Translations under genes and position numbers: made by a program | NCBI GenBank assembly: GCA_035445085.1 | Contig: DAOMQA010000001.1 | Coordinates: 118,374-182,373 of the forward strand | Source: Candidatus Kapaibacterium sp. | Lineage (GTDB): Bacteria > Bacteroidota > Ignavibacteria > Kapaibacteriales > UBA2268 | Direction of reading: 5' to 3' | Length of the DNA stretch: 64,000 nucleotides | Shown: positions 9,335 through 19,894 of the stretch, in pieces | Position numbering within the stretch: position 1 is the stretch's first letter | Layout: each line of letters begins with the position of its first letter | The notes under the pieces: model-generated | Told to the model about the DNA's origin: nothing | The model's database searches: none | The model's input: only the letters and a program-made list of their open reading frames with translations

Positions 9335-11818
9335 TTATGATAGTATTTTTGTACTTTGAATTTTCCATATTTCATTAGCGTATTGGTTTATCGTTCTATC
9401 AGAAGAAAATCTACCTGCTCTTGCTGTATTTAGTATTGATTTGCTTAGCCATTTTTTCCTATCCAAGTAAAGATTTGCAACGACCTTATGCATATCGGCA
9501 TAGCTTTGGAAATCGGCTAACACACAGAATCTATCTTTGTATACCAAATCGTTAAAAACCATATCGAATATACCTTGCTCTAATGAATTAAAGAAATTAG
9601 ATTTTAATAAGTCTAAGGTGGCTTTCAGTTCAGCATTAGATTCATAAATAGCAGTAGGATTATAATTATTATTTAGTGCATGAGCTATTTCGTCTGCATT
9701 CATACCAAAAATAAATATATTATCTTCACCAACTTCCTCTAACATTTCGATATTCGCCCCATCGAGTGTGCCAAGTGTAATAGCACCATTTAGCATAAAT
9801 TTCATATTTCCTGTACCTGACGCTTCAAAACCAGCCGTAGAAATTTGTTCTGATACATCTGTTGCAGGTATAATTAATTCTGCCAATGATACCGAATAGT
9901 TTTTCATAAATAAGACCTTTAACTTACCATTAATTTCAGGATCATTATTTATCACATTAGAAATAGAATTGATTAGTTTTATCGTTCTTTTAGCCATTAA
10001 ATAACCGGGGGCGGCTTTCCCAGCAAAAATTACTGTACGCGGCAAAAATGGCATATCTGGATTTTCTTTTAATTTAATGTAAGTATGAATTAATTCAATC
10101 GCATTTAACATTTGCCTTTTGTATTCATGAATTCTTTTAATTTGAACATCAACAACAGATTCATAGTTCATTTTAATATTATAGTTTTCTTCGATATGCT
10201 TAAACAGTTTATTTTTATTTTCTCTTTTTGATTCTTCCCAACGTTTTTGAAATTCACTGTCATTTGCAAATGGCTCAATTTTCTTTAGTTCATACAAATC
10301 AGTTACCCACTTATCCCCTATTGCAGATGTAATTAGATTAGATAGTGAAGTATTAGCTTTTTTAAGCCAACGGCGTTGTGTTATTCCGTTAGTTTTATTA
10401 TTGAACTTTTCAGGGAAAAGCTGATAAAAATCATTAAAAATCTTTTCTTTTAGTATTTTGGTATGTAGCTCTGCTACACCATTAACAGAAAAAGAGCCTA
10501 CAATAGCTAAGTGCGCCATTCTTATCATTTTTTCATTACCCTCTTCAATCAATGACATACGCCTAATTTTATCAATATCATTATAGAATTTCATTCTTAC
10601 AATATCTAAAAATTTAGCATTTATATCATAAATAATTTGAAGGTGACGGGGTAATAGTCTCTCAAATAAGTCCACAGACCACTTTTCAAGCGCTTCTGTA
10701 AGCACAGTATGGTTGGTATATGCAAAAGTCTTCGTAGTAATCTGCCAAGCATAATCCCAATCTAATTTTTCTTCATCAATAAAAATTCTCATAAGCTCTA
10801 CAATAGCTATAGCTGGATGAGTATCATTTAATTGAATAGTATTTTTATCGGCAAAATTCTGTATATTTTTATGTTTAACTTTGAACCTTCTAATAATGTC
10901 TTGGAGCGATGCCGACACAAAAAAATATTGTTGTTTTAAGCGTAATTCCTTGCCTGCAACTGTATTATCATTAGGATACAGCACTTTTGATATATTTTCG
11001 GTTTCAAACCTATTTTCTACTGCTTTAATGTAGTCGCCTTGATTAAAGAAATCAAAATTAAAATCTTGAGATGCTTTGGCTTCCCATAATCTAAGATTAT
11101 TACAAGTCTTATTATTGTAGCCGGGTATAGGAATATCATAAGCAAGCGCTAATACTTCATCGGTATCAACCCATTCATAATTTGTTTTACCCCATTGATT
11201 AGAATGACTAATGATATGACCATTAAATTTTACTTTGTAAGTATACTCAGGGCGTATAATTTCCCAAGGAGAACCATAACCAAGCCAATTATCAGGTTTT
11301 TCTATTTGCCAACCATTCACAATTTCTTGCTTGAATATACCGTATTCATATCTAATCCCATAGCCAAAGGCAGGCAATTCCAGAGTAGCCATACTATCAA
11401 GAAAGCAAGCAGCTAATCTACCTAAACCACCGTTGCCTAATCCCATATCGTGTTCTAATTCTTTTATTTCTTCTAAGTCAAAACCCATTTCTTTTAAAAT
11501 ATTAGCAGATTCTTCGTAAGCACCCAAATTAGTCAATGCGTTACCAAGTAGCCTGCCCATCAAAAATTCCATAGATAGATAATAGACTCTTTTAACATCT
11601 TGCTTATAATAATGATGTTGAGTTCTAAGCCAATTTCTAATTAATCTATCGCGCACAGACAGAGCCATTGCTCTATATGAATCTTCTGAAGTTAAAGTTA
11701 TTTTATCTTTTACTAATCGAAATTCTAAGTTTTCAAACATTTGGTTTCTTAACGAGTAAGAACCCGGCTTTTGCTCATCGGTAAAGAAAATAGAATCTGT
11801 TTTGATTACGTTATCCAT
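9335..11818 (-). CDS. glgP: glycogen/maltodextrin phosphorylase
   Basis: Pyridoxal-phosphate site EASGTGNMKFMLNGA. 827 aa, family GT35. Confidence 0.9.
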   Translation of the reverse strand: MDNVIKTDSIFFTDEQKPGSYSLRNQMFENLEFRLVKDKITLTSEDSYRAMALSVRDRLIRNWLRTQHHYYKQDVKRVYYLSMEFLMGRLLGNALTNLGAYEESANILKEMGFDLEEIKELEHDMGLGNGGLGRLAACFLDSMATLELPAFGYGIRYEYGIFKQEIVNGWQIEKPDNWLGYGSPWEIIRPEYTYKVKFNGHIISHSNQWGKTNYEWVDTDEVLALAYDIPIPGYNNKTCNNLRLWEAKASQDFNFDFFNQGDYIKAVENRFETENISKVLYPNDNTVAGKELRLKQQYFFVSASLQDIIRRFKVKHKNIQNFADKNTIQLNDTHPAIAIVELMRIFIDEEKLDWDYAWQITTKTFAYTNHTVLTEALEKWSVDLFERLLPRHLQIIYDINAKFLDIVRMKFYNDIDKIRRMSLIEEGNEKMIRMAHLAIVGSFSVNGVAELHTKILKEKIFNDFYQLFPEKFNNKTNGITQRRWLKKANTSLSNLITSAIGDKWVTDLYELKKIEPFANDSEFQKRWEESKRENKNKLFKHIEENYNIKMNYESVVDVQIKRIHEYKRQMLNAIELIHTYIKLKENPDMPFLPRTVIFAGKAAPGYLMAKRTIKLINSISNVINNDPEINGKLKVLFMKNYSVSLAELIIPATDVSEQISTAGFEASGTGNMKFMLNGAITLGTLDGANIEMLEEVGEDNIFIFGMNADEIAHALNNNYNPTAIYESNAELKATLDLLKSNFFNSLEQGIFDMVFNDLVYKDRFCVLADFQSYADMHKVVANLYLDRKKWLSKSILNTARAGRFSSDRTINQYANEIWKIQSTKILS

Positions 11819-11898
11819 TATATACTCTTTTAAAATACACTATGATAAAAATATAAAAATTTATAACGAACTAATTAATAATTTAATTGAGTTTATAT

Positions 11899-13926
11899 TT
11901 AGTGCAATGAAAATTCTACCCTTCTATTTTTTGACTTTGATTCGTCGGAATTATTATCCATTACAGGTCTGGTATCTCCCCATCCCTTCACTTCTATACG
12001 GGAACTGTCAATCCCAGATTTAATTAAAAAATCAGCAATTGATTGGGCTCTCTTCTTAGATAATTCCATATTATACGCTTTTGTGCCTACATTATCTGTA
12101 TGCCCTTCTATAAGGATTATTTTTTTATTCGGCTTTAGAAACTCTATTAGCCTATTTAATTCTGGCAATGACTCTGGCTTTATATCTGATTTGTCATAAT
12201 CAAAAAAGATATTATTTATAGTTATTTTATGATTGCCATCGTTAATTTCTTTAAGGCTAATTAGTTCTATATCTGCATAAAAATCTCCTACTTTATTATA
12301 ATTACGTAAATCTAAGTTTTTAGAGCTAGGGTAGTAATTTTTCTTTTCTGCAAAATAACCGTATAACTTATCTGGGCTTAAACTTATAAAATACGAGCCA
12401 TCTTTTGGATCACTCTTTACAAAACCTAAATCTTCACCAGTATTTAAATCTTCCCATCGGATAACAGCAGCTAAGGGCTGTCCTAAGGAATTGGTAACCT
12501 TCCCTCTAACTGTTATGACTGAATTTGGTTTCGCTTCTTTAGGTAATTTAATAGAATATATATCCCAAGCTCCATATCCATCTGGTTGGCTATGTTTAGC
12601 GAATAATGCGCTATCGCCTTTGACATCTATTGAATACCCCCAATCATCGCTTTCTCCGTTGATTTCTTTACCTAAATTCACTGGTTCTGACCAATTTAGC
12701 CATGTATCGTCTAAGCGAGTAGATTTGAATACATCTAAGCCACCTAAGCCCGTATGCCCATTAGAGCTAAAATATAATGTTTTGTTATCAGGGTGCAAAA
12801 ATACTGCCCTTTCAGCATAAGGAGTATTGATTATGTTTCCCATATTTATCGGGGCAGTCCAACCAGTATCTCGGTTGAATGAAATATATAGATCCATATT
12901 ACCCATTAGTGAACCGTGGTAGTATTGGGCATTCATTTCTACAAAAGGTCCTACTCCTCCCGGTCTATCGCTTGTAAATATTAAGACTTTTCCATCAGAG
13001 CTAATGTTTGCCGACTCTTCGTGATAAATAGAATTAATCGGTTTATTAATGTGCAACAGTCTATTCCACCCAAGTGAATCCTTTTCCGCAAGAAAAATAT
13101 CAAATTTACCAAAAGTCCCCGGAAATTCACCAGATAAAAACAATATAGTCCCATCAACGCTTACATTATCTACTGTTTCTTCTTCTCTTTTATTTATTTT
13201 GCTTCCTATATTTTTAGCTTGAGTCCATTGGCCGTTTATATTTTCTGAGTACCAAATATCAGCTTTGCCATAGCCTCCCTTTCTATCTGAAGAAAAGTAT
13301 AAATACCTACCATCAGGGGTAAGCGTTGGATCCCATTCACTGTACGGTGTGTTAATTATCTTGCCTAAATTTCTAACTATGAGCCCTTGGTTCTTAGCTC
13401 TGAGTATATTTATAATTGTATCGAATTTATTTTTTTTACTTGAAAATAATGGTAAATATGATTGGTATATTTTGATTGCTTCTTCATATTTATGCTGCTG
13501 TATAAAATTATCAGTTAGCCGTTGAATAGCAACAAAAGAATCATCAGATGGAGCATTGGATTTTATATAATCATCATAAATTGCAACCATTGTAGAATCA
13601 GGCGTTTGCGCCAGCATTGCTCTTTCGGAGTTCAATATTTGTGCATTAATCATAGATTTATAGCCAGGGAATAAGGGCTTATATACTTCAAGAATATATT
13701 TGGCAACGGCAGCTCTTGCCGCTATAAACTGACGATCTGTCCATTGTAACATTAGGTTATATGCACTATCGGCTGGTGCATACTGCCTTATAAACTGATC
13801 ATAGATTTTAACTTTTTCGGGTGTTATTCGTTCATAAGGGTGTATTCTTGTTTGTGAGCGTAAAATAGAACAATAAAATACAATAAAAAGTATGAGAACT
13901 ATTATTTTTGCTATTATTTTTGTCAT
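11899..13926 (-). CDS. OmpA-family protein with TolB-like (PD40) beta-propeller repeats
   Basis: Signal peptide. WD40-like/PD40 repeats. C-terminal OmpA/MotB domain (IEGHTDNVGTKAYNMELSKKRAQSIADFL). Confidence 0.75.
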   Translation of the reverse strand: MTKIIAKIIVLILFIVFYCSILRSQTRIHPYERITPEKVKIYDQFIRQYAPADSAYNLMLQWTDRQFIAARAAVAKYILEVYKPLFPGYKSMINAQILNSERAMLAQTPDSTMVAIYDDYIKSNAPSDDSFVAIQRLTDNFIQQHKYEEAIKIYQSYLPLFSSKKNKFDTIINILRAKNQGLIVRNLGKIINTPYSEWDPTLTPDGRYLYFSSDRKGGYGKADIWYSENINGQWTQAKNIGSKINKREEETVDNVSVDGTILFLSGEFPGTFGKFDIFLAEKDSLGWNRLLHINKPINSIYHEESANISSDGKVLIFTSDRPGGVGPFVEMNAQYYHGSLMGNMDLYISFNRDTGWTAPINMGNIINTPYAERAVFLHPDNKTLYFSSNGHTGLGGLDVFKSTRLDDTWLNWSEPVNLGKEINGESDDWGYSIDVKGDSALFAKHSQPDGYGAWDIYSIKLPKEAKPNSVITVRGKVTNSLGQPLAAVIRWEDLNTGEDLGFVKSDPKDGSYFISLSPDKLYGYFAEKKNYYPSSKNLDLRNYNKVGDFYADIELISLKEINDGNHKITINNIFFDYDKSDIKPESLPELNRLIEFLKPNKKIILIEGHTDNVGTKAYNMELSKKRAQSIADFLIKSGIDSSRIEVKGWGDTRPVMDNNSDESKSKNRRVEFSLH

Positions 13927-13972
13927 TATTTTTAAATATATACTATAAATATTATTATTAAACGGATAAACT

Positions 13973-14611
13973 ATGAAAAAAGTAACTCAATCTTATGTTT
14001 TTATATTATCATTCCTATGTCTCTCATTGCCATTATTCTCTACTCAAATTTTAGTACAAGGTAAAATAATAGATTCTCAATCTAAGCAAGCAATAGGAGT
14101 AAATATTGAATTTAAAGATACTAATGGCAAGAAAATTAAAACTCAATCTAACTCGCAGACAGGAGAATTTCAGCAAATATTGGAGTCTAATACTATCTAC
14201 AATGTCGTTCTAATGAGTAATGATATATTGAGAAAAGAAGTTAAGTTTCATACTTTGGATACCAATAGTTACGCAGAACAAAAAGTAAATTTTAACGTCA
14301 TCAAGCCTATTGTGGGTAGCATAATTTTAGACGATAACCTATTCGAGAATAATTCTAATACTTTGAGCAATGACAGCAAAGATAAACTTGAAGAATTGCA
14401 ATTATTATTAAGATTTAATAGAAATTTAAATGTAGATATTAAGGTCTCGAGTAAAAACAAAGATTTAATGGCTTCACGTTTAGAAGTATTGAAAAATTAT
14501 ATTAATAATTGGAAGAGGGAAAATCCCAGAATTACTATAAATGTAGGCAATACAAATTCAGACAATATTTTAGTGCAAATCAGTACTATTAAAGATTTCT
14601 TAAAGGAGTAG
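13973..14611 (+). CDS. hypothetical secreted protein (CarbopepD_reg-like N-terminus, degenerate OmpA-like C-terminus)
   Basis: Signal peptide. The fold assignments are weak pattern matches only. Confidence 0.35.
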   Translation: MKKVTQSYVFILSFLCLSLPLFSTQILVQGKIIDSQSKQAIGVNIEFKDTNGKKIKTQSNSQTGEFQQILESNTIYNVVLMSNDILRKEVKFHTLDTNSYAEQKVNFNVIKPIVGSIILDDNLFENNSNTLSNDSKDKLEELQLLLRFNRNLNVDIKVSSKNKDLMASRLEVLKNYINNWKRENPRITINVGNTNSDNILVQISTIKDFLKE

Positions 14612-14629
14612 TTTTTCAAAATATCTTTC

Positions 14630-15964
14630 TTAATCAATTGTGTATACTCTTCTCCAAAATTGAGAGCTAAATTTTGGGTCTATATATTTAGTAAATTCCT
14701 GAATATTAGGGTAAGATTTAATAAAGTCCGAAGATTTCATTCTTGCATCTTTAGCAGGGTAAATCCTACCACCAGCGCCAAATACAATTTCATCACATCG
14801 TTTGAGCAACTCAAATAGCTTTACGCCGTGCATCTTAAAGTCGATAGCTAAGGTAATACCTTCCATTGGAAAAGACATTAATCCTGGTGAGCTAATATTC
14901 CCAAATGATTTTAAAACCGTCAAAAATGATGGGTATCCAGAATCAGCAATCATTTTAAATATTTTCTTTAAATTATCAATAGCATTTGAATTAGGGATTA
15001 CAAATTGGTATTGCAAAAAGCCATCTTTGCCGTAAGCTCTATTCCAATTATTAATTTTATCCAAAGGATAAAAAAAGGTATTATAGTCAATAATACTTCT
15101 TCTTTGCTTACCAATTTGTTTATTAAAATATAAAAAGTTAAAGACTTTGGTACTTAAATTATTAATAAATGAGTATTCAAAAGGAAAATTGATTGCTTGC
15201 TTTTCGTTGGCTACATATTCAATCTGATTTTGTTCATCTGCAAAATTTCCACGTGAAAATATACCATAGCCAAGCTTATTTGTGCTTACCCAAGATACGG
15301 TATAATCATAATTTAAAGATTCATTATTAATAGCAAAAAATTCCTCAAAAGAATAAAACTTTATATTCTCGCAATCTATTAATGGTCCATTTACTTTAAT
15401 TAACTGTATTTCTGCACTAAGAATAAGACCAGTTAAGCCAAGCCCTCCGATAGTAGCTTTAAACATCTCTACGTTCTCATTTTGTGAACAATGGTATATA
15501 TTTCCATCACTTCTTAATAAATCGAAAGAAATAACATAATTACCAAAAGTTCCATATTTATGATGATTTTTCCCATGAACATCGTTAGCTATTGCGCCGC
15601 CTAAGGTAATATATTTGGTACCCGGAGTAATAGGTAAGAAATATTTTTGTGGTAAGAAAACATCAATTATTTCCTGCAAAGTAACGCCTGCTTGAGCCTT
15701 GACTACGGCAGTATTATTGTCGAATGATATAAATTTATTTATTGTACTACAATCTATTAATATATTATCAGAATTTAAACAAGAGTCCCCATAACTTTTG
15801 CTGAGTCCACGTGGCAAATAGTATTTATTATCGTTAAATTTGATATTTTTTGAATCAGCATTGATTATACATTGATTTGATGGTATTGGATATGCGCCAA
15901 AAGAATAGTATTTGCTCATCATAACAATCCCATAATCATAATGACAGCAACCATCAAAATACAA
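14630..15964 (-). CDS. FAD-linked oxidase, DprE1 (decaprenylphosphoryl-beta-D-ribose 2'-oxidase)-like
   Basis: PRGLSKSYGD and TPGTKYITLGGAIANDVHGKNHHKYGTFGNYVISFDLLRSDGNI closely track the DprE1 FAD-binding region. Confidence 0.8.
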   Translation of the reverse strand: MYFDGCCHYDYGIVMMSKYYSFGAYPIPSNQCIINADSKNIKFNDNKYYLPRGLSKSYGDSCLNSDNILIDCSTINKFISFDNNTAVVKAQAGVTLQEIIDVFLPQKYFLPITPGTKYITLGGAIANDVHGKNHHKYGTFGNYVISFDLLRSDGNIYHCSQNENVEMFKATIGGLGLTGLILSAEIQLIKVNGPLIDCENIKFYSFEEFFAINNESLNYDYTVSWVSTNKLGYGIFSRGNFADEQNQIEYVANEKQAINFPFEYSFINNLSTKVFNFLYFNKQIGKQRRSIIDYNTFFYPLDKINNWNRAYGKDGFLQYQFVIPNSNAIDNLKKIFKMIADSGYPSFLTVLKSFGNISSPGLMSFPMEGITLAIDFKMHGVKLFELLKRCDEIVFGAGGRIYPAKDARMKSSDFIKSYPNIQEFTKYIDPKFSSQFWRRVYTID

Positions 15965-17334
15965 ATATAACTTACTTTATCTTTCACAGCAAACGCAATA
16001 GGATCATCATTCATTTGTTTCCTATCAGCTAAGAGCCACAGCCTTGAGCACCAATATAAAAAAACTGGCACAATTAAATACAAAACTTTAGGATGTTGAT
16101 ATAGTTGCATTACGTTAGGACTATTAATATAAAATACAATTATAAGAATAGCAATCATACTTGAGCTAATACCAGTAACTTGTATGATATGTATATCTTC
16201 GGCTATATACCCCCTACCAGACAATACTTTTTCTTTATAATTTTTTAATTCAGCAAACCTTTTTAATGCTCCCATTGAGAAAAAGAAAAATAAAGCAAAC
16301 ACTATCAGCCATTCGGATATTACGTTATCTGAAACTACTGCACCAGCTTCAAGACGCAAAATATATAGTAGTGCCAAAGTAATAATATCAATTAAATATA
16401 ATCCCTTAAGAATACTTGTATATAAGAATGTCGTAATAGAATATATTATTAATACAAGGGTAAAATGATAGCTTAAATTTAAACTGATAGTAAAACCAAT
16501 GATAATAAGCAAGAACGAATAAAGCAATGCATTGCTTATCTTAAAATTACCAGCGGCTAAAGGTCTGTATTTTTTTGTAAAATGCAATCTATCGCTCTTC
16601 AAGTCCATCAAATCATTAAAGATATAAATAGACGATGCTATGCAACTAAAAGATAAGAAAGCAATGATTAAATCTATATATGTATTAAAATTTGTGTTAT
16701 GAGCTAATAGTGAAGGCGTAAAAATTAACAAATTTTTAACCCACTGAAATACCCTAAATTGCTGTATTAATATTGATATAGTAGAAGTACTGCTATTGTC
16801 AAATACCTTTGTAACCTTGCTAATCTTTTTGGCTTGCTCTACCAATTTATTATCATTACTAACAATTAAAGCATTATTGCTATGCTTCCATACAGCTAAA
16901 TCTTTGTAAGTATCTCCAACATAGTCATAGCCTTTCTCTCCAAATCTATTTACAAGGTAATTTGCCTTTGAAGTAGATGTTAAGTTAATTCCATAACCCG
17001 AACCTATAGCGTCGTCAAAGAATTTAAACCTTTTTTGAAATACATCTGCATACTCTTGGACGGCGGCTGTCACAAGGTAAATTATCCTCCCTTGTTTTTT
17101 CTCTTCAATCAAATAATTTCTAACTTCTTCATTTATAGGTATAGTATCAAAATCAATTTGTACTCTTTTTGACAATTGTTCCTTTAAAAACAATCTTCCT
17201 TTGAAAGCCCAACATATAATGAACAATATGTATATTGGATTTTGCTTTAAAAGCAAGGGTATTGCCTCGAGCATTAAATCCGTTTTAATCAAAGTACCGT
17301 CAAGGTCAACGCATAATGGCATATCATTATTCAT
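15919..17334 (-). CDS. HAD-family phosphatase fused to UbiA-family prenyl/phosphoribosyl transferase
   Basis: N-terminal HAD motif I (CVDLDGTL). C-terminal ~280 aa contain 8-9 transmembrane segments and a UbiA-like NDxxD motif (FNDLMDLKSD). Confidence 0.7.
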   Translation of the reverse strand: MNNDMPLCVDLDGTLIKTDLMLEAIPLLLKQNPIYILFIICWAFKGRLFLKEQLSKRVQIDFDTIPINEEVRNYLIEEKKQGRIIYLVTAAVQEYADVFQKRFKFFDDAIGSGYGINLTSTSKANYLVNRFGEKGYDYVGDTYKDLAVWKHSNNALIVSNDNKLVEQAKKISKVTKVFDNSSTSTISILIQQFRVFQWVKNLLIFTPSLLAHNTNFNTYIDLIIAFLSFSCIASSIYIFNDLMDLKSDRLHFTKKYRPLAAGNFKISNALLYSFLLIIIGFTISLNLSYHFTLVLIIYSITTFLYTSILKGLYLIDIITLALLYILRLEAGAVVSDNVISEWLIVFALFFFFSMGALKRFAELKNYKEKVLSGRGYIAEDIHIIQVTGISSSMIAILIIVFYINSPNVMQLYQHPKVLYLIVPVFLYWCSRLWLLADRKQMNDDPIAFAVKDKVSYICILMVAVIMIMGLL

Positions 17335-18458
17335 CGTAGTTTTGCTATCCTTTTTTCAAAAATTTGCAATGCAACACCAACAATTTGGTCCATATTATAA
17401 TATTTATAATCTGCTAAACGCCCGCAGAAAATGACTTTGTCTGCTATCTTATCTACTTCAATCTTATATTTTTGGAAAAGTTCATTATTCTCTGCTTTTG
17501 GAATTGGATAATACGGTTCGTTAGTTAGTTTATCGTATTGCTGTGGAAATTCATAAGCAATTGTAGTCTTGCTATGTTTTTGCTTTGTTAAATGCTTAAA
17601 TTCAGTAATGCGGGTATAATCAAAGTTATTTGGATAGTTAATTTGTGCAAGTTCTTGAAAATTATCAAAATCGAATGTTTGAAAATCAAATTTTAAGCTT
17701 CTATATGGTAATTCCCCATACATATAATCAAAATAAGTGTCGATAGGTCCAGTATAAATTAGTTTATCATATTGGATGCCGCTTTTAATATCTTCAAAAT
17801 CTGCATTAAGTAATATATGGATATTCTTGTGATTTAAGATGTTATTAAACATAGCTGTATAGCCATTTTGTGGTATCCCCTGATATGTATCTTGGAAATA
17901 TCTATCATCTCGACTAATATAAACCGGAACACGGGCAGAAACAGAGCTATCTAATTCTTCAGGCTTCATTCCCCATTGTTTTAGAGTATAGCCATGAAAA
18001 ACATTTTTATAAATATAATTTGCTAAGAAGTTTAAATCGCTGTCTTTAGTCTCTAACATTTTGAGAATAGGAATTTTAAGCCCAAAGCCATAATTTTCAA
18101 TTAATTTATTTTGTAGTTTTTCTGCATAAGCTTTTGGAAAAACTTGGTCGATACTATTTAAGTTAAATGGTACAGGTATAGCCTTACCTTCTACAATAGC
18201 TTTAACGTGGTGGATATGCCTATTCCATTTGGTAAAAATTGAAAGATAGTCCCAAACTTTCTTTGACAAAGTATGAAAAATATGAGGTCCAAACTTATGC
18301 ACTAAAATTCCATTCTCATCATAATAGTCGAAAGCATTACCAGCTATATGGCTTCTTTTATCTATAATTAGGCATTTTTTGTCTAATTGCGTTGCAATCC
18401 TTTCGGCTAACACTGAGCCAGCATACCCAGCTCCTACTATCAAATAATCGTATTTCAT
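17331..18458 (-). CDS. glf: UDP-galactopyranose mutase
   Basis: MKYDYLIVGAGYAGSVLA is a GxGxxG FAD motif. Strong collinear similarity to E. coli Glf through the RLADYKYYNMDQ region. Confidence 0.9.
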   Translation of the reverse strand: MKYDYLIVGAGYAGSVLAERIATQLDKKCLIIDKRSHIAGNAFDYYDENGILVHKFGPHIFHTLSKKVWDYLSIFTKWNRHIHHVKAIVEGKAIPVPFNLNSIDQVFPKAYAEKLQNKLIENYGFGLKIPILKMLETKDSDLNFLANYIYKNVFHGYTLKQWGMKPEELDSSVSARVPVYISRDDRYFQDTYQGIPQNGYTAMFNNILNHKNIHILLNADFEDIKSGIQYDKLIYTGPIDTYFDYMYGELPYRSLKFDFQTFDFDNFQELAQINYPNNFDYTRITEFKHLTKQKHSKTTIAYEFPQQYDKLTNEPYYPIPKAENNELFQKYKIEVDKIADKVIFCGRLADYKYYNMDQIVGVALQIFEKRIAKLR

Positions 18459-19894
18459 CGTTTAATTAATGATTTGAGTTCACTTATACTTAAAACTTTT
18501 AAAGCAAGAGACATACCAAAATATAAAACAGTACTACTAATAATTCTTAATATCGGGCTTAAGTAATCGCTTACAAAATAGATAGGAAGAAATGAAAGCA
18601 TTAATATTGGAACAAATTGTACTATTTCTTTCAAGTATATTTTAGCATGTACTTTTTTAAAGATTATAATTATGCTTACTAATACTCCAAATTCACAAAG
18701 TATAGTTGCAAAGGCAGAACCATACATTCCATATTTCGGTATTAAAACAATATTTAATATTATATTTAATATAAGTCCTATTAAATTCGCAAATACCACT
18801 TTCTTTTCTTGCTTCCACGAAATTAATGGCGCAAAATAGATTGATATTAAAAACTGAATAAGAATAGTAAATGATAATACTTTTAATATCGAATCGGTAT
18901 TGGTATATTTATCGCCTAATAATACAACTACATAATCAGCCATAAAAAACAAATACCCAAAAACTAAGAAGGCTGTTAATGATTGTAATTTAGTATATTT
19001 AGATATTATATTATCTCGTTCTTGGAATGTTTCTTTTTGAGATATTTGTGGAAAAAATGCACTTTGCAGTATGAGCGATGGCAAAATGGCGAAAAATATT
19101 ACTTGATGAGCGGCTCCATAGATTCCTGTTTCAAAGTCTCCTCTAAACATTCCAAGTAATGTAATATCAATATTATTATATAATGTTGATATTAAAAAAA
19201 TTAGACCAATTGAAAAAGCTTCACGGGATACATTAGCCCATTCTTTCAGATTGAAATTAAAAGAAAATGAATTGTATTTTTTCAAATAATAGATTAACAT
19301 TATTATAGCATTTATGCACATTGAGGCACTAATAATAACAACTGCCAAAGTTAGGTCATTGCTACTTTTAATTAACACTATAATACAAATAAAATTAAGT
19401 AAGTATACACCTATGGTGCGAATAGCAATTACTTCCATTTGTTCTATTGCCTGAAAGTACCAGTTCAGCATTATAGCGTTAGTAAATAATGTGATACCAT
19501 ATATATACACTAAGTGTTGATTTTGGGATAATTCTGGCTTATTAAGAATTAATATTTGAACAACAATAACAAGCGCCAAAAAAGATACAAAAGCTATAAA
19601 TAATCTTATACTAACTATTAAATCAACAAATTTCTTGCTTAGTAATCTATCTTTGGCTATTTCTCTGATTCCTACTTGATCGTAGCCTAAAGCAACTAGT
19701 ATAAGGAAGTATTGTACTAATGATTTTGTGAAGTTAAGTATTCCATTACTCTCTGGACCAATTACTTTTATCAAATATATAGTATAAATAATGGCAAGTC
19801 CTTTACTCGCCATTTCTGCTATTGATAAAGAAAATATATTTTTTAATAATTTTGTTTTAGAGTCCATTTTATTTAAGAATATACTTCCTTCCAA
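18455..19894 (-). CDS. Wzx-type oligosaccharide flippase (MOP superfamily)
   Basis: 479 aa with ~12-14 transmembrane helices. 4-nt overlaps with both neighbours. Confidence 0.7.
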   Translation of the reverse strand: MEGSIFLNKMDSKTKLLKNIFSLSIAEMASKGLAIIYTIYLIKVIGPESNGILNFTKSLVQYFLILVALGYDQVGIREIAKDRLLSKKFVDLIVSIRLFIAFVSFLALVIVVQILILNKPELSQNQHLVYIYGITLFTNAIMLNWYFQAIEQMEVIAIRTIGVYLLNFICIIVLIKSSNDLTLAVVIISASMCINAIIMLIYYLKKYNSFSFNFNLKEWANVSREAFSIGLIFLISTLYNNIDITLLGMFRGDFETGIYGAAHQVIFFAILPSLILQSAFFPQISQKETFQERDNIISKYTKLQSLTAFLVFGYLFFMADYVVVLLGDKYTNTDSILKVLSFTILIQFLISIYFAPLISWKQEKKVVFANLIGLILNIILNIVLIPKYGMYGSAFATILCEFGVLVSIIIIFKKVHAKIYLKEIVQFVPILMLSFLPIYFVSDYLSPILRIISSTVLYFGMSLALKVLSISELKSLIKR

